Assembly: GCA_020047725.1 (NCBI GenBank) | Contig: JAIFNM010000047.1 | Span: forward strand, 1-51,197 | Source: Betaproteobacteria bacterium | Lineage (GTDB): Bacteria; Pseudomonadota; Gammaproteobacteria; Burkholderiales; Rhodocyclaceae | DNA: 51,197 nt | Reading direction: 5' to 3' | The notes under the pieces: generated by a model | What the model saw: only the letters and a program-made list of their open reading frames with translations | What the model was told of the DNA's origin: nothing | The model's database searches: none | Shown here: in pieces, positions 48,683 to 51,197 of the stretch | Layout: the number at the start of each line of letters is the position of its first letter | How positions within the stretch are numbered: position 1 is the stretch's first letter | Translations under genes and position numbers: made by a program

Positions 48683-50714
48683 TCATCCGATCGTGCTCCG
48701 TACTTCTTCCCCGAGGCGAACGACTTCTTCGGCGGCTTGACCCGATTGCTGCGCGGCGCGGCTGCTTTCTTCGGCAACCTGAGCTACTTTTTCGGTCTGG
48801 TTGGCCATGCTTTGGCTGGCCACGCTTGATTCGGCAAGCGACTCGGTGATCTGCCGCACAACACCGACAACTCGTTCGGTCCCTCCTTGAATGCCGTTGA
48901 TGGCGGTACCGGCCTCGACGGCCAGGGTTGCGCCCTGATCGATCTGCCCCATGGCCGCGTTCATGGCCTGCGTGGCCTGTTGTGCTCGGCTCTCGATCGA
49001 ACCAGTGACGCGTGCGATTTCCTCCGTCGCCTTACGCGTGCGTTCAGCGAGCTTTCGTACTTCGTCGGCGACAACGGCAAACCCCCCTACCTTGTTCGCC
49101 TGCACGTGCAGCCTCGATGGCGGCATTAAGTGCGAGAAGGTTGGTCTGCTCGGCCACATCCTTGATCACAGAGACAATGCCGGATATCTGTCTCGACTCT
49201 TCGCCCAGCGCGCCAACGGCCTCTGCCGTTGCCTGCATGGTTTCGGCGATCGCATTCATTTCGGCAGTGGCCCGCAGAATGGTTGCCCCGCCACCGCGCG
49301 AGTCGTCACCCGCAGCCTGCGAAAGTTTGGCGGCTTCGTTGGCGCTGTCCGAAATCTGACTGATGCCGACGCTGAGTTCTTCGACCGAGGCGGCCATGTC
49401 ACTTGCCGCGTCACTGGCCCTGCCGGAATTGGCGGCAGCGTCCTGTGCCGCCCCGGAAAGCGAGCGTGCAGCGGCATCCAGGCGTTCGATGCGGGTCAGG
49501 ATGTCGCCGAACGCGCCACGTAGGGTCCGCATCAGGCGCTGCACGGCGCCGATGGTCTGTCCAACTTCGTCCTGGCTTGAGGTGGTAAGGCTTAGCGTCA
49601 GATCACGGTGCTGTTCCACGTCCGTACAGAAGCGTTGCAGTTCCGCCAGCGGCCTGGTCACCACGCGTCCGACCACCAGGTAGATAAGGATCGGTAAGAG
49701 CAGGAGCAGGACCGCTCCCGAAATCATCACAATACGTTCTACGGCGACGACACCGCTTGAGAGTTCGGCTTTGTCGGCCCTGGCGGCGATGATCCAGCCG
49801 AAAGGGCTGAAGGCCGCGAATTGAACAACGGCTTCAGAAGTCGAGTTGCTTCCAGTAGCCTTCCAAACGTAATGAATAACCCCTTGCTTTTTATTGAGTA
49901 TGTCCTTGATGAAGAATTGACCGTCTTCGTCCCTGAGATCTAAACCACTCTTCTCCTCAAGGTTGGGGTTGGGATGAACCACAAACTGTCCGTATTCTGG
50001 CGTGCCGGTTTTGTCGTTGAGGACAAAGACGTAGCCGGTCTCGCCGATCTTGACTGCTTTCAGGCGCTCCTTGAGCTTCGCCATGTTCTCAGTTAGATCG
50101 ACGCCCACGAAGAGCGCGCCGATCAGTTGTCCACCTTCGCTTATCGGCCGGTAGCGGGTGTAATAGTCGCGCCCGAAGAGGCGGGCGACACCATGGAATT
50201 CTTCGCCAGCCTTAAGGCGTGCATAGGCAGGGTGACTTCGGTCGAGGACGGTTCCGACGGCGCGATTACCCGATTCTGTCTTCAAAGAGGTGGTGACCCG
50301 AATGAAATCTTCTCCGTCACGAGCAAAGAACGTAGCTACGGTCTTTGTTTCGGCGTAATAGCGGTCGAGCCAGGTAACTTCATTATTCACTACGGATGCG
50401 CCGTGATAGAGAGCGGGCGTATCGCGATCTCCGACGCGGATGCGCACCTTGTCGTCGAGCCTGAAAGTGTTTGGGTAGCCAAGCTTGACCCCGCCAAGGA
50501 GACGCGCACTGGTGATTTCAAGTTCCGTGGCGAACGTCTCGACCAACGACAGGGCTTGAGCATTGACCCCTGCTGCAATGTTCTCCGCGGTCTCATTTGC
50601 ATGTTTCTCGGCCTTCAGCGCGATCGTCAGACCAGCCGCGACAAACGAGAGAACCAACGACAGAATTAACGCGATAACAAGCTTTTGACCAATGCGCAGT
50701 TGGATTGTTTTCAT
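48683..50714 (-). pseudogene. Methyl-accepting chemotaxis protein (Cache sensor), frameshifted in a G6 run at 49082-49087
   Basis: [26 protein letters not shown] Cache, GETGYVF, HAMP; [10 protein letters not shown] reads on as [15 protein letters not shown] in a different frame (ORF 48683..49159). Confidence 0.85.
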
Positions 50715-51197
50715 GTTTGAATCCAAGTTTTTTTCGTCCCGGAGATTCCGTCGATAGAGTAGTGAGCGCGAGGATCAGCGGTGCTCTCCCTCTGGCTATT
50801 GCAAATTTTATCGATATGCTCTAATCACAACTGGTTGCGACTGATAGTCATCGATATATAACTAATCAGCAATTGATACAAATGACTATTAATATAGGTA
50901 CAAATAACTAAACTGGCATCCAAGCCTTTCGGTGAAACTCGCTGTTCGCTCACCAAGTACCTGCCTCGTGAAGCCATCCGGCATCTTCTGGGGAAGGTAA
51001 TAGGCCCCGATAAACAGCTGGGAAAAGCAGATGCAATTACTCAACATAATGATTAGAGCGTCCCCTCGCTGGGAACTTAGGAAAAAAGGGGCCATATTAA
51101 TACGGCGAGTTAAGGTCAAATCTGGTGTACGGGATGCTTTTAGCATTGATTGATCAGGCAGCGAGCTTCTGCTGTTTGGTTTCATCACCGGTTGCTG

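Noticed and set aside
50760-50900. Possible sigma28 promoter (ATCGATAA) and FNR-like half site (TTGATACAAATGAC) upstream of the MCP operon
   Set aside because: The sigma28 -35 and the second FNR half-site match poorly
50889-51188. 99-aa ORF and possible c-di-GMP riboswitch upstream of the signalling operon
   Set aside because: No protein motif, and no GEMM consensus seen
1-51197. CRISPR arrays, tRNA/rRNA genes, integron attC arrays, defence systems
   Set aside because: No periodic repeat-spacer structure or matching genes seen on reading; a weak ncRNA could be missed without a covariance search

Overview
Accessory-looking bacterial region. The chemoreceptor and kinase styles suggest a betaproteobacterium, but this is inference. 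It has three functional blocks separated by IS and pseudogene debris. (1) 59-15757: sugar catabolism island with Gfo/Idh/MocA oxidoreductase, FGGY kinase, fucose/arabinose-type isomerase, ConA-like protein, MtlD-like dehydrogenase, PfkB kinase, D-lyxose-type isomerase, LacI and a ribose-type ABC transporter. Two copies of a long palindromic operator sit next to sigma70 promoters. (2) 18786-32671: a cluster that looks like 'hut' at first glance but is most likely a complete five-step ergothioneine catabolic pathway. It encodes a MIO-less trimethylammonia-lyase, a thiourocanate-type hydratase, a DUF917 desulfhydrase, a hydantoinase and an N-carbamoylase, plus a BCCT and a YfcC transporter and a LysR with four CATAAC-N5-GTTATG-type boxes. 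An internally deleted second DUF917-hydratase copy suggests two clusters merged. (3) 34325-50714: minus-strand signalling operon with three MCPs (one frameshifted, one Aer-like with an extra periplasmic domain), PAS-GGDEF, two hybrid histidine kinases, two REC proteins (one HD-GYP) and a PAS-LuxR, but no cheA/cheW. Remnants of IS3, IS1380-like, IS256, IS1634, IS110, IS5 and a tyrosine recombinase mark the block boundaries. No rRNA, tRNA or CRISPR array was seen.
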